This document shows, in pieces, positions 10,500 through 20,644 of a stretch of DNA of 64,000 nucleotides. The stretch is from positions 32,001 through 96,000 of IMG/VR virus record IMGVR_UViG_3300022752_004319; one strand, given 5' to 3'. Position numbers and translations under genes: made by a program. This stretch comes from a virus. The notes beneath the pieces were generated by a model. The model did no database searches, was not told the origin of the DNA, and saw only the letters and a program-made list of their open reading frames with translations. Position 1 is the stretch's first letter. Each line of letters starts with the position of its first letter.

Positions 10500-10895
10500 T
10501 TATACAGTTTGAGTGTTGAACTTTGCATTAATTATAACTCTACTCATACTTTTGTCACCATTAAAATTATAATTTGGTCGAGGTTCATTAAAATTTGAAC
10601 GCAAAGGTTTATACATAGTAATTTTATCAACTCTAAATAATCTCCATCCCGGAAGTGGTTGAGTTCCTAAGTAACCCGTATGTGATGCTCCAGTTCTGTC
10701 CCAAGCTCTTAATACCAAATTATTTGACTTGGAGTAACCTAAACAGACAGGTTCAATTTCTCTTAATCCACGACCACCTGGTTCATCTCCAGTGTAATAA
10801 ATTGTACATACTTGTTTCTTCTCTATCGATTTTTTAATGTCATTGATAGACGCAGCCTCTAGTATAAGGCTAGATAGAGATTCAAGTAGTTTCAT
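10500..10895 (-). CDS. Stand-alone WYL-like domain protein
   Basis: I.KK.V..IYY...R.IEP..LG...LRAWD...WRLFRVDKI matches the WYL pattern; no HTH domain. Confidence 0.75.
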   Translation of the reverse strand: MKLLESLSSLILEAASINDIKKSIEKKQVCTIYYTGDEPGGRGLREIEPVCLGYSKSNNLVLRAWDRTGASHTGYLGTQPLPGWRLFRVDKITMYKPLRSNFNEPRPNYNFNGDKSMSRVIINAKFNTQTV

Positions 10896-11185
10896 TATTG
10901 TTCTACTTTATATGGTTTGTTTGGTTGATACAAATTAAATTTAACGTTCAATTTTCTCTCAAGAATATCAACAGATGTGCCTGCAGCTTCGTTGTATACA
11001 TCCAAGAAAGATCCTGTACCCCTTCCTATTTCATCACCATCTCCAACGGCTGCGGGATTTGTTGATGAATATTCATTTCCTTGTTGTTTGAAGTCATTTT
11101 TGACTAAATTCTTTTTTCTTTCGATATCAGCAATTGCGCTTAATCTGTTTTCTGGTTGAGAAAAATCTAGTGGTTCTAGTGCCAT
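10895..11185 (-). CDS. Hypothetical phage protein
   Basis: 96-aa ORF abutting its neighbours. Confidence 0.6.
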   Translation of the reverse strand: MALEPLDFSQPENRLSAIADIERKKNLVKNDFKQQGNEYSSTNPAAVGDGDEIGRGTGSFLDVYNEAAGTSVDILERKLNVKFNLYQPNKPYKVEQ

Positions 11186-11190
11186 AATTT

Positions 11191-11658
11191 TTAAATTTTA
11201 CTAAAAATTTCGTTTATTCTTCTAAGGTTTTCCATAACCTTAAGATCGTATTGTTGTATATTTGTTTTTTTGGGAGTAGTATTAGCAATATTAAGATTGA
11301 TATCAGCTGTCGGTGTTTGAATGTACTCGTTATCCATTCCAGTAGTCCGTTTTATTTTTTCAGATCCTTGAACAACTTGTCTTGATGTTGAAAGACATGT
11401 GTTAACAAAATCTTTCATTTTATTTTCACCATTCAAAATAAAAGGTGCGTCTACATTTCTTCCTTGGAAGTTATCGAAAAAGTTTTTGATTCTTTTTAAT
11501 TCAGGATATGATAGTTGTTGTGTATTTTGTAAACGGACATTCCGATTATAACCCTCAGTATTTTGATCGGCACCTTTTACTTTTGCAAAACAAATTTTCA
11601 TATGATTTCTCATATATTCTGGAAAGTTCCAAGTTCTATGATACAATTGACTATTCAT
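11191..11658 (-). CDS. Hypothetical phage protein
   Basis: 155-aa ORF overlapping the upstream gene's stop region. Confidence 0.6.
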   Translation of the reverse strand: MNSQLYHRTWNFPEYMRNHMKICFAKVKGADQNTEGYNRNVRLQNTQQLSYPELKRIKNFFDNFQGRNVDAPFILNGENKMKDFVNTCLSTSRQVVQGSEKIKRTTGMDNEYIQTPTADINLNIANTTPKKTNIQQYDLKVMENLRRINEIFSKI

Positions 11659-12463
11659 TTTCCGAGTTTTTTACCATTTTGATAATATCTGACATTTCCA
11701 AATTTTCTTTCTTGGCCATTTTAACTAAAGATTTAATATTTTTTTTCAAAACCTCAGATACTTCGATTTCCTTAATTTTGATATCACCATCCGAATGCCT
11801 TTTAGCTAAAATATCTTCGACAACATCTTTCATTTTATTTTTTCTTTCTTTCACGATCATTCGAATATCCGAACCACGAAGTTTCTTTTTGTTTACCTTA
11901 GTAACTTTACCGAACTCTTTAGCCCTTTCTTCAGCATTTTCAACACCCATATCTTCAAGTGTGTCTATTGTTTTTTCTGGTGATAAGTCCTTGGTCTCCT
12001 CCCATCCAAAAGCTTTGGACAAATCCTCTTCTCTTTGAACGCTTTCACCCCAATATACTCTGTATCCCCTCATCACAGGGTTTCCTGGTTGTGCTACTGA
12101 GAATACGGTTTGATCCATAGTTTTACGTGGTGACATTTTTGGGTCGTGTATTGGTATTTTAGAATTACTCAAACTACCATCAAAATCAACCAATTCATCT
12201 ATTTCACCATTCTTATCTGTTTTAATTTTTGACAAAATTTTTTGAATTTGTTTCTTTGAAAATCTTTTTTTAGATTTTTGAAATTTTTCGAATATTAAAT
12301 TAAGTAATTTTTCTGATGACTTGGGTATTGACATAATGTCTTCATTAAGTCTAGACTCAGACAAATTTTTTCCAACCGAATAATAAACATCAATATCGTT
12401 GATGTTTTTCTTCAGAAAGAAGTACATATTGTTAAAAAAATATTCTTCCCCGTATTGAATCAT
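11651..12463 (-). CDS. Hypothetical phage protein
   Basis: 270-aa K/E-rich ORF preceded by GTATTTAT on the - strand (12477-12484). Confidence 0.6.
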   Translation of the reverse strand: MIQYGEEYFFNNMYFFLKKNINDIDVYYSVGKNLSESRLNEDIMSIPKSSEKLLNLIFEKFQKSKKRFSKKQIQKILSKIKTDKNGEIDELVDFDGSLSNSKIPIHDPKMSPRKTMDQTVFSVAQPGNPVMRGYRVYWGESVQREEDLSKAFGWEETKDLSPEKTIDTLEDMGVENAEERAKEFGKVTKVNKKKLRGSDIRMIVKERKNKMKDVVEDILAKRHSDGDIKIKEIEVSEVLKKNIKSLVKMAKKENLEMSDIIKMVKNSENE

Positions 12464-12476
12464 AATTTTTTTTAAT

Positions 12477-12501
12477 ATAAATACTTTCTAAATGTATTTA
12501 T
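12477..12501. promoter_or_regulatory. Back-to-back GTATTTAT motifs (putative divergent late promoters)
   Basis: GTATTTAT on - (12477-12484) and on + (12494-12501) in a 42-bp divergent gap; the same motif precedes most structural genes. Confidence 0.55.
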
Positions 12502-12505
12502 TACT

Positions 12506-15484
12506 ATGGCTTATCAAAACATTAATCAGTATGTCAAATCAAAATTGTATTTACAACCTGTTTTACAAATTTCTGATATTTCGTTGGCTGCTGATGAGAG
12601 AGAATACAATGAAGAAGTTGTGTTTTCACCACTTATAATTGGCGCAAATGATGGTGATGTTTTACCTGTCAAAATTGATTTAAATTTTTCTGGATCCTCT
12701 CAAAAAATCAATTTGACTTTTGGTGATTACAAAAGAGAAAACGTAATCATTTCTGAAAATTATTATAATCCATACGATTATATTTTAGATTGTTTTTCTG
12801 GAAAAAGTATTTGTGATATCGGCTTGACTGGTACGGATAATGGTTTGGTTACAGGAATGACGGGACAGAGCATTTCTTACACCGAAGGACTATTACCAGA
12901 TAATACAAAATTTGATCGATTGAAATTTGATCGTAGATTGAAATTATTTCAAGTTACAGGATATACGAGCCATCCAAATCATAGATTTTCAGGAATAACG
13001 GCTGAGACCTCGTATGAAATGGTTTCTTATACCGCAAACACCATAGGAACTTACAACGAATTGTATGGAGGATTTTACCAAGGGTTTTATGAACTATTTG
13101 GATATGGATACAAGATACTACCTGAAAGATACACCAAAGGTTGGACTGTAGAGATGACATTGAAACCTAGGATATACAATCAATATACAACCCCGTCTGG
13201 TAAGACAACATTAAATTCATATTACCCCAATAATTCGGGAATATTTTTTTATATGGGAACTCGTGCCGAAAACAAATATTGGCATTTTGCACAAGGTACA
13301 AACCCAACAGATCCAAATTACGATAGAGTAACTAAAAGACTTTTAGATTTAAGTACTTGTGATTGCAAAACACTTAATCCTGGTTACTCCACAAATTCAA
13401 CGTCTCAATTTGATTTGGGTGTTTCAGGAGCAACAATACAAGTAGGTCAAGATTTATTATGGACATCAGGCGACACTTGTGTTGTTTATCATAACGAAAT
13501 TGCATTCCTAACTGGGAATGTTATTGGGTATACAGCATCGACTAATTCATTACAATTTGTTACGACTTATCGTGTGGGTAAAGGAGATTTCAAATATTGG
13601 GTTGTAGATAAATTAAATTTCTTGGAATACAATAATTCCGATTGTTATTTTGTTTATCCCCCAACAGGTGTTACTGATTATCACTACACGGAAAGTCCTT
13701 GTTGTCCAGATGAACCCCAAGTACCTGTCCCTGAACAGGATGCTGCTTACAATGGAATGTCTAATGCTTTAGCTATAAGATTTAGTGGCGACCCAACTAA
13801 CCCAAAAATTTGTATACGTACATTAACAATGACAGGTGATTGCATCACAAGTGGAAGTTGTGAAACTACTGGATATGAATCGCAAACAGGTTACTCAATA
13901 AATAACTATTGTACAACTAGGAGAATATACGATGATTGTAGTGGAACAACTTATTCTTTGGGTGAAAATTGGGTTTTAGTCGACGTTAGCTTTGAAAGGA
14001 ACACCGCACTTGATGAATGTGATTTGGTCTATCTTGGTGGATTAGGTGTAATATCGAATATGGTATTCACAGCATCTACGGATAGTAATTCAGTATCACT
14101 TATCTCTCCACCAATAACTCATTACCAACTAAACCCAGAAACAGAAGAACTTGTACAACTAAACAATGATTGGCTTCTTGAAAAGGGATTTCGGAAAGGT
14201 AAATTGAGAATTTTTGTTAATGGTAAGTTATTTGAAACTTTCGATAATGTTGAAGAAATAATACCTAGAGGTTTGTATGGACACAAAGAAACTCAAGTGG
14301 GTGTACCATTCAATATTTCTTGGGGTGGTGGTACTCAAGGATTGCATGAAAACCTAGTATTCAGTGCTATACCAACAACCGATTTGAACTATTACATACA
14401 AGATCCCGAATTGTTTCCACCAAATATTTTGAGTGGAACAAGTCTCAGTGCTTTAACAACAAATATTCTTATTGAACAAAACTTTGCTGGCACTTTTGAT
14501 GGGGGTATATCATCATTTTCTATGTATGCAAAACCTCTGACTATTCCTGAGGTTCAACATAATGCGAGAATACTTAAACCAAAATATAATTTTTTAAATC
14601 CTTTTTGTCTGAATTGTATTGATTCAACCCCAACACCTACACCTACAATAACTCCAACATTAACTAAAACACCAACAAATACTCTAACACCAACCAACAG
14701 TCAAACACCAACCAACACTCCGTCAAACACAGTTTCTGGAACATTAACTCCAACACCAACCAATAGTCAAACACCAACCAATAGTCAAACACCAACCAAC
14801 ACTCCGTCAAACACAGTTTCTGGAACATTAACTCCAACACCAACTAACACTCCGTCAAACACAGTTTCTGGAACATTAACTCCAACACCAACCAACACTC
14901 CGTCAAACACAGTTTCTGGAACATTAACTCCAACACCAACCAATAGTCAAACACCAACCAACACTCCGTCAAACACAGTTTCTGGAACATTAACTCCAAC
15001 ACCAACCAATAGTCAAACACCAACCAACACTCCGTCAAACACAGTTTCTGGAACATTAACTCCAACACCAACTAACACTCCGTCAAACACAGTTTCTGGA
15101 ACATTAACTCCAACACCAACCAACACTCCGTCAAACACAGTTTCTGGAACATTAACTCCAACACCAACCAATAGTCAAACACCAACCAACACTCCGTCAA
15201 ACACAGTTTCTGGAACATTAACTCCAACACCAACAGTTACTTGTGGTGGTGTTTTATATCCAAATTTAGGTATCGATAATGACCAAACAACAGCTTGTTC
15301 CTCTTCGGGTAATAATTTATATGGTATTAGAGCAAGTTTTGATGATCTGGTAAACGGTGATTTTTTATATTATGATGTTTGTCTTTCGAATATTTACAAT
15401 TCTGGTGGATATATTTCAAATGGAAATACATATGTTTTTAATTTGAGTCCCGGTGGTCAAAACCTAACTCTTGGTTCATGTTAG
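12506..15484 (+). CDS. Putative virion protein: LamG/ConA-like beta region, Thr-Pro tandem-repeat stalk, C-terminal Cys module
   Basis: GWTVEMTLKP, LRIFVNGKL and FDGGISSFSMYAKPLT..EV..N are LamG-like; they are followed by TNTPSNTVSGTLTPTP repeats. Confidence 0.6.
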   Translation: MAYQNINQYVKSKLYLQPVLQISDISLAADEREYNEEVVFSPLIIGANDGDVLPVKIDLNFSGSSQKINLTFGDYKRENVIISENYYNPYDYILDCFSGKSICDIGLTGTDNGLVTGMTGQSISYTEGLLPDNTKFDRLKFDRRLKLFQVTGYTSHPNHRFSGITAETSYEMVSYTANTIGTYNELYGGFYQGFYELFGYGYKILPERYTKGWTVEMTLKPRIYNQYTTPSGKTTLNSYYPNNSGIFFYMGTRAENKYWHFAQGTNPTDPNYDRVTKRLLDLSTCDCKTLNPGYSTNSTSQFDLGVSGATIQVGQDLLWTSGDTCVVYHNEIAFLTGNVIGYTASTNSLQFVTTYRVGKGDFKYWVVDKLNFLEYNNSDCYFVYPPTGVTDYHYTESPCCPDEPQVPVPEQDAAYNGMSNALAIRFSGDPTNPKICIRTLTMTGDCITSGSCETTGYESQTGYSINNYCTTRRIYDDCSGTTYSLGENWVLVDVSFERNTALDECDLVYLGGLGVISNMVFTASTDSNSVSLISPPITHYQLNPETEELVQLNNDWLLEKGFRKGKLRIFVNGKLFETFDNVEEIIPRGLYGHKETQVGVPFNISWGGGTQGLHENLVFSAIPTTDLNYYIQDPELFPPNILSGTSLSALTTNILIEQNFAGTFDGGISSFSMYAKPLTIPEVQHNARILKPKYNFLNPFCLNCIDSTPTPTPTITPTLTKTPTNTLTPTNSQTPTNTPSNTVSGTLTPTPTNSQTPTNSQTPTNTPSNTVSGTLTPTPTNTPSNTVSGTLTPTPTNTPSNTVSGTLTPTPTNSQTPTNTPSNTVSGTLTPTPTNSQTPTNTPSNTVSGTLTPTPTNTPSNTVSGTLTPTPTNTPSNTVSGTLTPTPTNSQTPTNTPSNTVSGTLTPTPTVTCGGVLYPNLGIDNDQTTACSSSGNNLYGIRASFDDLVNGDFLYYDVCLSNIYNSGGYISNGNTYVFNLSPGGQNLTLGSC
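14693..15232 (+). repeat. Coding tandem array: 9 x 48 bp (TNTPSNTVSGTLTPTP) interspersed with 6 x 18 bp (TNSQTP)
   Basis: Near-identical units accaacactccgtcaaacacagtttctggaacattaactccaacacca and accaatagtcaaacacca, with a 228-bp higher-order duplication. Confidence 0.95.
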
Positions 15485-15602
15485 TATTCTAAAATTCAAA
15501 AAACAACATTAACTAAAAGTCCTGAATAATTTTCAAAAAAATTATAAATGTTATTTATTTTAAAATTTAGAAAGTTATTTTTCAGTTAAAATTTACTTTT
15601 AT

Positions 15603-16856
15603 ATGAAAATATTCGTTCAAATTGCCGCATATCGAGATCCAGAATTGATTAAAACAATCAAAAGTTGTATTGAAAATGCAGAAAATCCAAAAAACTTAAC
15701 TTTCGGTATTGCTAGACAATTCCATCCAGATGATAAATTTGATGATCTTTCTGAGTATATGTTAGATGAAAGATTTAGAATTTTGAACATTCCCCACGCA
15801 GAATCCAAGGGTGTATGTTGGGCTAGAAATCAAGTACAACAACTTTACAATAAGGAACAATATACACTTCAAATTGATTCACATATGAGGTTTGCTCCCA
15901 ACTGGGACAAAGAAATGATTCAAATGATCAAACAACTACAGAAAAAAGGACACAAAAAACCTTTATTAACTGGATATGTATCATCATTTGATCCTGATAA
16001 TGATCCTGGGGCTCGAGTACAAGAGCCTTGGAGGATGGTTTTCGACAGGTTTATTCCAGAGGGCGCTGTATTTTTTCTTCCTGAAACAATACCAAATTGG
16101 CAAAGTATGACTGAACCAGTACCTGCAAGATTTTACTCAGCACACTATGCATTTACTTTGGGTAAATTCTCAACAGAAGTTCAACATAATCCCGAATATT
16201 ATTTTCATGGTGAAGAAATTTCTATAGCAGCAAGAGCATATACTTGGGGATATGATTTATTTCACCCTCATAAAGTTCTTATTTGGCATGAATACACAAG
16301 AAAAGGTAGAACCAAGCAGTGGGACGATGATAAAAATTGGGTGGAAAAAAATAATGTATCTCACTTGACAAACAGAAAGTTATTTGGGATGGATGGTTTA
16401 GAACAAGAAGGTCATACTGGAAAGTATGGATTTGGAAAAATTAGATCCCTAAAAGATTATGAAAAGTTTTCAGGATTACTTTTTGAAAAGAGAGCTGTAC
16501 AACAATATACCTTAGATAAAAACTATCCACCAAATCCTTACAATTATTCTTCTGAAGAAGAGTGGAAAGCTGATTTTGCTTTAATATTTAAACATTGTAT
16601 CGATATTGGATACTCTCAAGTTCCTGAACAAGATTACGATTTTTGGGTTGTTGCATTCCACGATGAAAATGATGAGACTATTTTTAGAAAAGACGCGGAT
16701 AAATCAGAAATTTCAAGAATGATGAACGATCCTGACGGGTATTGTAAAGTATGGAGAGAATTCCAAACAATACATAAACCAAAATACTGGGTAGTTTGGC
16801 CACACTCCGAGTCTAAAGGATGGTGTGAAAGAATTAGCGGAAATTTACCATTTTAA
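15603..16856 (+). CDS. GT60-family polypeptide alpha-GlcNAc-transferase (Skp1-Hyp GlcNAcT Gnt1/Gnt2-like) with an extra C-terminal domain
   Basis: IFVQIAAYRDPEL, GVCWARN, LQIDSHMRF..NWD (DxH) and FHGEEISIAARAYTWGYDLFHP. Confidence 0.85.
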   Translation: MKIFVQIAAYRDPELIKTIKSCIENAENPKNLTFGIARQFHPDDKFDDLSEYMLDERFRILNIPHAESKGVCWARNQVQQLYNKEQYTLQIDSHMRFAPNWDKEMIQMIKQLQKKGHKKPLLTGYVSSFDPDNDPGARVQEPWRMVFDRFIPEGAVFFLPETIPNWQSMTEPVPARFYSAHYAFTLGKFSTEVQHNPEYYFHGEEISIAARAYTWGYDLFHPHKVLIWHEYTRKGRTKQWDDDKNWVEKNNVSHLTNRKLFGMDGLEQEGHTGKYGFGKIRSLKDYEKFSGLLFEKRAVQQYTLDKNYPPNPYNYSSEEEWKADFALIFKHCIDIGYSQVPEQDYDFWVVAFHDENDETIFRKDADKSEISRMMNDPDGYCKVWREFQTIHKPKYWVVWPHSESKGWCERISGNLPF

Positions 16857-16868
16857 ATTTAACACAGA

Positions 16869-17486
16869 ATGTATATTTCCCAATTAGGTCAAGATAAATT
16901 TATTGACGAATTTTTTGAAAAAAAAGAAAATCTCACATTTCTGGACGTTGGAGCTCATGATGGTGTTACCATATCAAACACTTTTTTTTTAGAAAAGACT
17001 AGAAATTGGAATGGGATATGTATTGAGGCTCAACCTACGATATTTGAAAAATTAAGAGTTAATAGAAATTGTATATGTGTAAATGTTGCTGTTTCAAACT
17101 TTGAAGGTGAAACTGATTTCACATATGTTGAGGGATATGCAAATATGTTGTCAGGTATTTCAGATGAATACAATAAAACACATATAGATCGTATTAAGGG
17201 TGAGGTTAATCATTATGGGGGTGAAATAAATACAATTAAAGTTCCTGTAAAAAAATTACAAACAATATTGGATGAACATAATATGGTTGATATAGATTTC
17301 TGTACTATAGATACCGAAGGTTCCGAATTTAACATTGTTCAATCTATAGATTTTGACAGAACCAATATAAAAGTATTCATAATAGAAAATAACTATAAAG
17401 AAACAAATATCCAAGAATACTTGGAAATAAAGGGTTATCAACTCTATAAAAAATTAGAGTGGGATGATATTTTTATTAAAAAATAA
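16869..17486 (+). CDS. FkbM-family SAM methyltransferase
   Basis: SQLGQD, FLDVGAHDG..ISNT, W.GICIE and IDTEGSE motifs. Confidence 0.9.
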   Translation: MYISQLGQDKFIDEFFEKKENLTFLDVGAHDGVTISNTFFLEKTRNWNGICIEAQPTIFEKLRVNRNCICVNVAVSNFEGETDFTYVEGYANMLSGISDEYNKTHIDRIKGEVNHYGGEINTIKVPVKKLQTILDEHNMVDIDFCTIDTEGSEFNIVQSIDFDRTNIKVFIIENNYKETNIQEYLEIKGYQLYKKLEWDDIFIKK

Positions 17487-17491
17487 TTGAA

Positions 17492-18304
17492 ATGAAAAAA
17501 ATAAATTTTTTTGACGAAAATTTGTTAGGTCAACCAGGTCTATCTAGATATCTATCACCAAATTTAGATTGGTGCCGAGAAACTAATGATTACGATATCG
17601 CAATTTATACTGATAAAATGTGTTTTTCACAAAAATTAGATAATTCAAAAATAAATTGTGCTTGGATTATAGAGCCACCAATCATTAACGTTGAAAATTA
17701 TCGTGACATTGTGATTAGTCAAGATAATTTTAAATACGTTTTTACACACAATAAAAATACATTATCCAATTTAAGAAACGGAGTATATGTACCTCACGGA
17801 GGTACATGGTTAAGAGAAGAAGATATTAACGTTCATCACAAAACTAAAAATTGTAGTTTTATTTTTTCAAACAAGGATTGGAATTCATACCATAGACTAA
17901 GACACAGAATTGCGGTTAGATTTGAAAATGACGATAGGGTTGATTTTTTTGGAAGTGGATCAAAAAACCCAGTAGAATTTAAAATTGAGGCTTTGAAGGA
18001 CTATATGTTTTCAATTGTTGTAGAAAATTCAATTGAATCAGATTACTTCACTGAAAAAATTTTAGATTGTTTTCTATCAGGAACTATTCCAATATATTTG
18101 GGTAGTAAAACAACTTCTAACTATTTTGACAGTGAGGGGATTATTTATTTTGATGGGGATGAAGATTTACCAAATATTTTGGAAACATTAAATACTACGT
18201 TATACGAATCAAAAATTGATTCAGTTAGAAAAAATTTTGAGTTCGCTAAAAAATATGTTTTCCCTGAAAAAATAATTCAAGAATATCTAGATCAAAATGT
18301 TTGA
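17492..18304 (+). CDS. GT10 alpha-1,3/4-fucosyltransferase-like
   Basis: YMFSIVVENS..SDYFTEKILDCFLSGTIPIYLG matches the GT10 motif. Confidence 0.85.
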   Translation: MKKINFFDENLLGQPGLSRYLSPNLDWCRETNDYDIAIYTDKMCFSQKLDNSKINCAWIIEPPIINVENYRDIVISQDNFKYVFTHNKNTLSNLRNGVYVPHGGTWLREEDINVHHKTKNCSFIFSNKDWNSYHRLRHRIAVRFENDDRVDFFGSGSKNPVEFKIEALKDYMFSIVVENSIESDYFTEKILDCFLSGTIPIYLGSKTTSNYFDSEGIIYFDGDEDLPNILETLNTTLYESKIDSVRKNFEFAKKYVFPEKIIQEYLDQNV

Positions 18305-19061
18305 CAACATTGTAATTACTGGAGCAAATAATATTTACTACGAATCACTATTGACTTTAATTAGTAGTATTCATAAGTATGCTATCAATCAAGTTGATAA
18401 AGTACTTGTTTATGATTTTGGGTTAGACCCAACTGAAATCGAACATTTGAAAAAACTGAAACTTGTGGAAATAATCACAATTACCGAGGTTTTTCCTGTT
18501 TGTGAAAAAATTACATCAAAAAAAATCAAATCTCATTTTTGGAAGATGTATGCTTTACAAAATTCAAAAAAATTTGGTAAAAACATTTTATGGTTAGATG
18601 CTGGATGTTGTTTAATAGACAATATGTCATCTATTTATGAAAAATTAATAAATGATCAAATTTTTGTGGTTGGGGATTATTCTCATCCAAATTATAACTT
18701 TACACATAGTTTGTGTAAAACAATTATGAATGTTTCTGAAAAAGAAATTAATGATTATCAGATTTCATCTGGTATTTTTGGTTTCGTGTCAGATGGTAAA
18801 TACGATGAATTAATAAATAAAAGTTGGGACTATACTTTGATAGATGGGTGTATTGATGGATTTTATGAAAACCATAGACATGACCAAAGTATTCTTTCAA
18901 TATTGATTTCTAGATATGACTGCCCACGTCAAGACATTGACATCTATGGTTACTGGACAGATATAAATCGAGATTTAGAAAGTGCAAAAAATAAAGGGGC
19001 AGTTATTTTTGTTCATAGACGAGGTTACTGTGATAAAACAAATCTATTATATGAAAATTAA
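18297..19061 (+). CDS. Putative GT-A glycosyltransferase (DUF1647-like)
   Basis: VYDFGL, FWK, LWLDAG and HRHDQSILSIL motifs. Confidence 0.6.
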   Translation: MFDNIVITGANNIYYESLLTLISSIHKYAINQVDKVLVYDFGLDPTEIEHLKKLKLVEIITITEVFPVCEKITSKKIKSHFWKMYALQNSKKFGKNILWLDAGCCLIDNMSSIYEKLINDQIFVVGDYSHPNYNFTHSLCKTIMNVSEKEINDYQISSGIFGFVSDGKYDELINKSWDYTLIDGCIDGFYENHRHDQSILSILISRYDCPRQDIDIYGYWTDINRDLESAKNKGAVIFVHRRGYCDKTNLLYEN

Positions 19062-19773
19062 TTTTAATGAAATTCCTAAATTTGTTATAAATTTAGAAAG
19101 AAGATCCGATAGATTAGATTTGGTAACTAAAGAATTTGAGTATATGGGTTGGGAATTTGAAAGATTCAATGCTGTTGATACGAACAGTTATTTAGGTTGT
19201 GCTTATTCCCATCAACAAATAGCTCAAATAATACTAGATAGAGGGTACAAATTTGCTATGGTTTTTGAAGATGACATTTTTTTTATGCCTTATACAAAAA
19301 AAATGATCCCAATTATAGAAGATGAATTGAATAACACTGATTGGGAATTTTTCCATTTTGCACCATCAATACATCGTCCTCTTTTGAAGTGGTCAGATAA
19401 TTTGGTTGATTTAACCAATCCACCACCAAAAAAAGAAAATCATAGAGAAATTTTTGGCACGTCTGGATTTATTTTGACACCATCAGTATGTGATATGATT
19501 ACTAAATGGAACACAAATGAGATAATTGAAAACAGCCATATGCAAAAACCAATAGATGAATTTTTAGCTTTAGCTGTATATCCACGATTACAATCTTTTT
19601 CAGGAAAATATCCACTTGTAACACAGAGGGCAGACTTCTCAGACATAAATCGTACATTTGATAGTAATCATTATGTTATGACTTATCAATGGAATGTTTA
19701 TTATCCAGATAAATTAGATAATCAATACTTGGATTTTGATTATTGCTTAAACTTAAGAAACAATGAAAATTAA
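19051..19773 (+). CDS. GT25-family glycosyltransferase
   Basis: FVINLERRSDR, RFNAVD, GCAYSH and VFEDD motifs; start reassigned to the ATG at 19051. Confidence 0.85.
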   Translation: MKINFNEIPKFVINLERRSDRLDLVTKEFEYMGWEFERFNAVDTNSYLGCAYSHQQIAQIILDRGYKFAMVFEDDIFFMPYTKKMIPIIEDELNNTDWEFFHFAPSIHRPLLKWSDNLVDLTNPPPKKENHREIFGTSGFILTPSVCDMITKWNTNEIIENSHMQKPIDEFLALAVYPRLQSFSGKYPLVTQRADFSDINRTFDSNHYVMTYQWNVYYPDKLDNQYLDFDYCLNLRNNEN

Positions 19774-20644
19774 ATTTATAACTTCTATCTATTCCGATTT
19801 GTATGGTACTGATTTTGGCGGTAGGTCAAACAGACGTGATCACTATCGATACAGTTTACTTTCATTGTTAAAAATGTCAGATGCTGACTTTTTGTGTTAT
19901 ACCTCAGATAGAGAAATTCACGATTTAGAAAATTTTTTTTACGAATTAAATTTTATACCACGTGAAAAATTGGAATTTAGGATACAAGATTTATCAAATA
20001 TTAAGACAACAAATTTATTGAATAGATATAAAAATTATAATGATGCAAAAGTATCTGACAGATGTATTGAAATACAATATTCAAAATTTCATTGGTGGTG
20101 GAACGAAGATAGAAGTTATGATTATTATTATTGGATAGATGCGGGTCTCTCTCATTGTGGATTAATTCCTTTGAAATATTTGACTAGTACTCATATTTTA
20201 GCGCAATACTACGAATCACCATTGTTCAATAATACTTTTCTTCACAATTTGATTAAAGATACGGAAGAAAAGTTTTTAATTTTGGGTAAAGAGAACGATA
20301 GAAACTATTGGGAAGGCACTGTGGATCCTAAATGGTATTTTGAATATGACAGATCAATACATATAATTGGTGGTCTTTTTGGAGGTCATCGAGATAGATG
20401 GGATGAAATTGTCAATTTGTTTGAAGACTATTCACAAAAAGTTACTGAGGACGCACAAAGAGTATATTTTGAAGAAAATATTATGAGTTTAATGTGGGTC
20501 AATCATAAACAATTATTTGTTAGAAAACATTTTGACATATGGTGGTGTCCTGATAGTGGTCCCAGAGATGCGTCACCAGAAATATACACACAAAATAAAA
20601 GTTTTTATAGAATTTTGGAGGAATTTAATAGAATTTATGAATAA
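19763..20644 (+). CDS. WlaTC/HtrL-family glycosyltransferase-like
   Basis: SK, YYWIDAG, GGLFGG and EENIM motifs. Confidence 0.7.
   Translation: MKIKFITSIYSDLYGTDFGGRSNRRDHYRYSLLSLLKMSDADFLCYTSDREIHDLENFFYELNFIPREKLEFRIQDLSNIKTTNLLNRYKNYNDAKVSDRCIEIQYSKFHWWWNEDRSYDYYYWIDAGLSHCGLIPLKYLTSTHILAQYYESPLFNNTFLHNLIKDTEEKFLILGKENDRNYWEGTVDPKWYFEYDRSIHIIGGLFGGHRDRWDEIVNLFEDYSQKVTEDAQRVYFEENIMSLMWVNHKQLFVRKHFDIWWCPDSGPRDASPEIYTQNKSFYRILEEFNRIYE

Noticed and set aside
11508-12038. 176-aa + strand ORF and other short antisense ORFs in the track
   Set aside because: They fully overlap better-supported genes, have no motifs and show shadow-like composition
14693-15232. Repeat array as a CRISPR array
   Set aside because: The units are in-frame coding repeats with no unique spacers, and there are no cas genes
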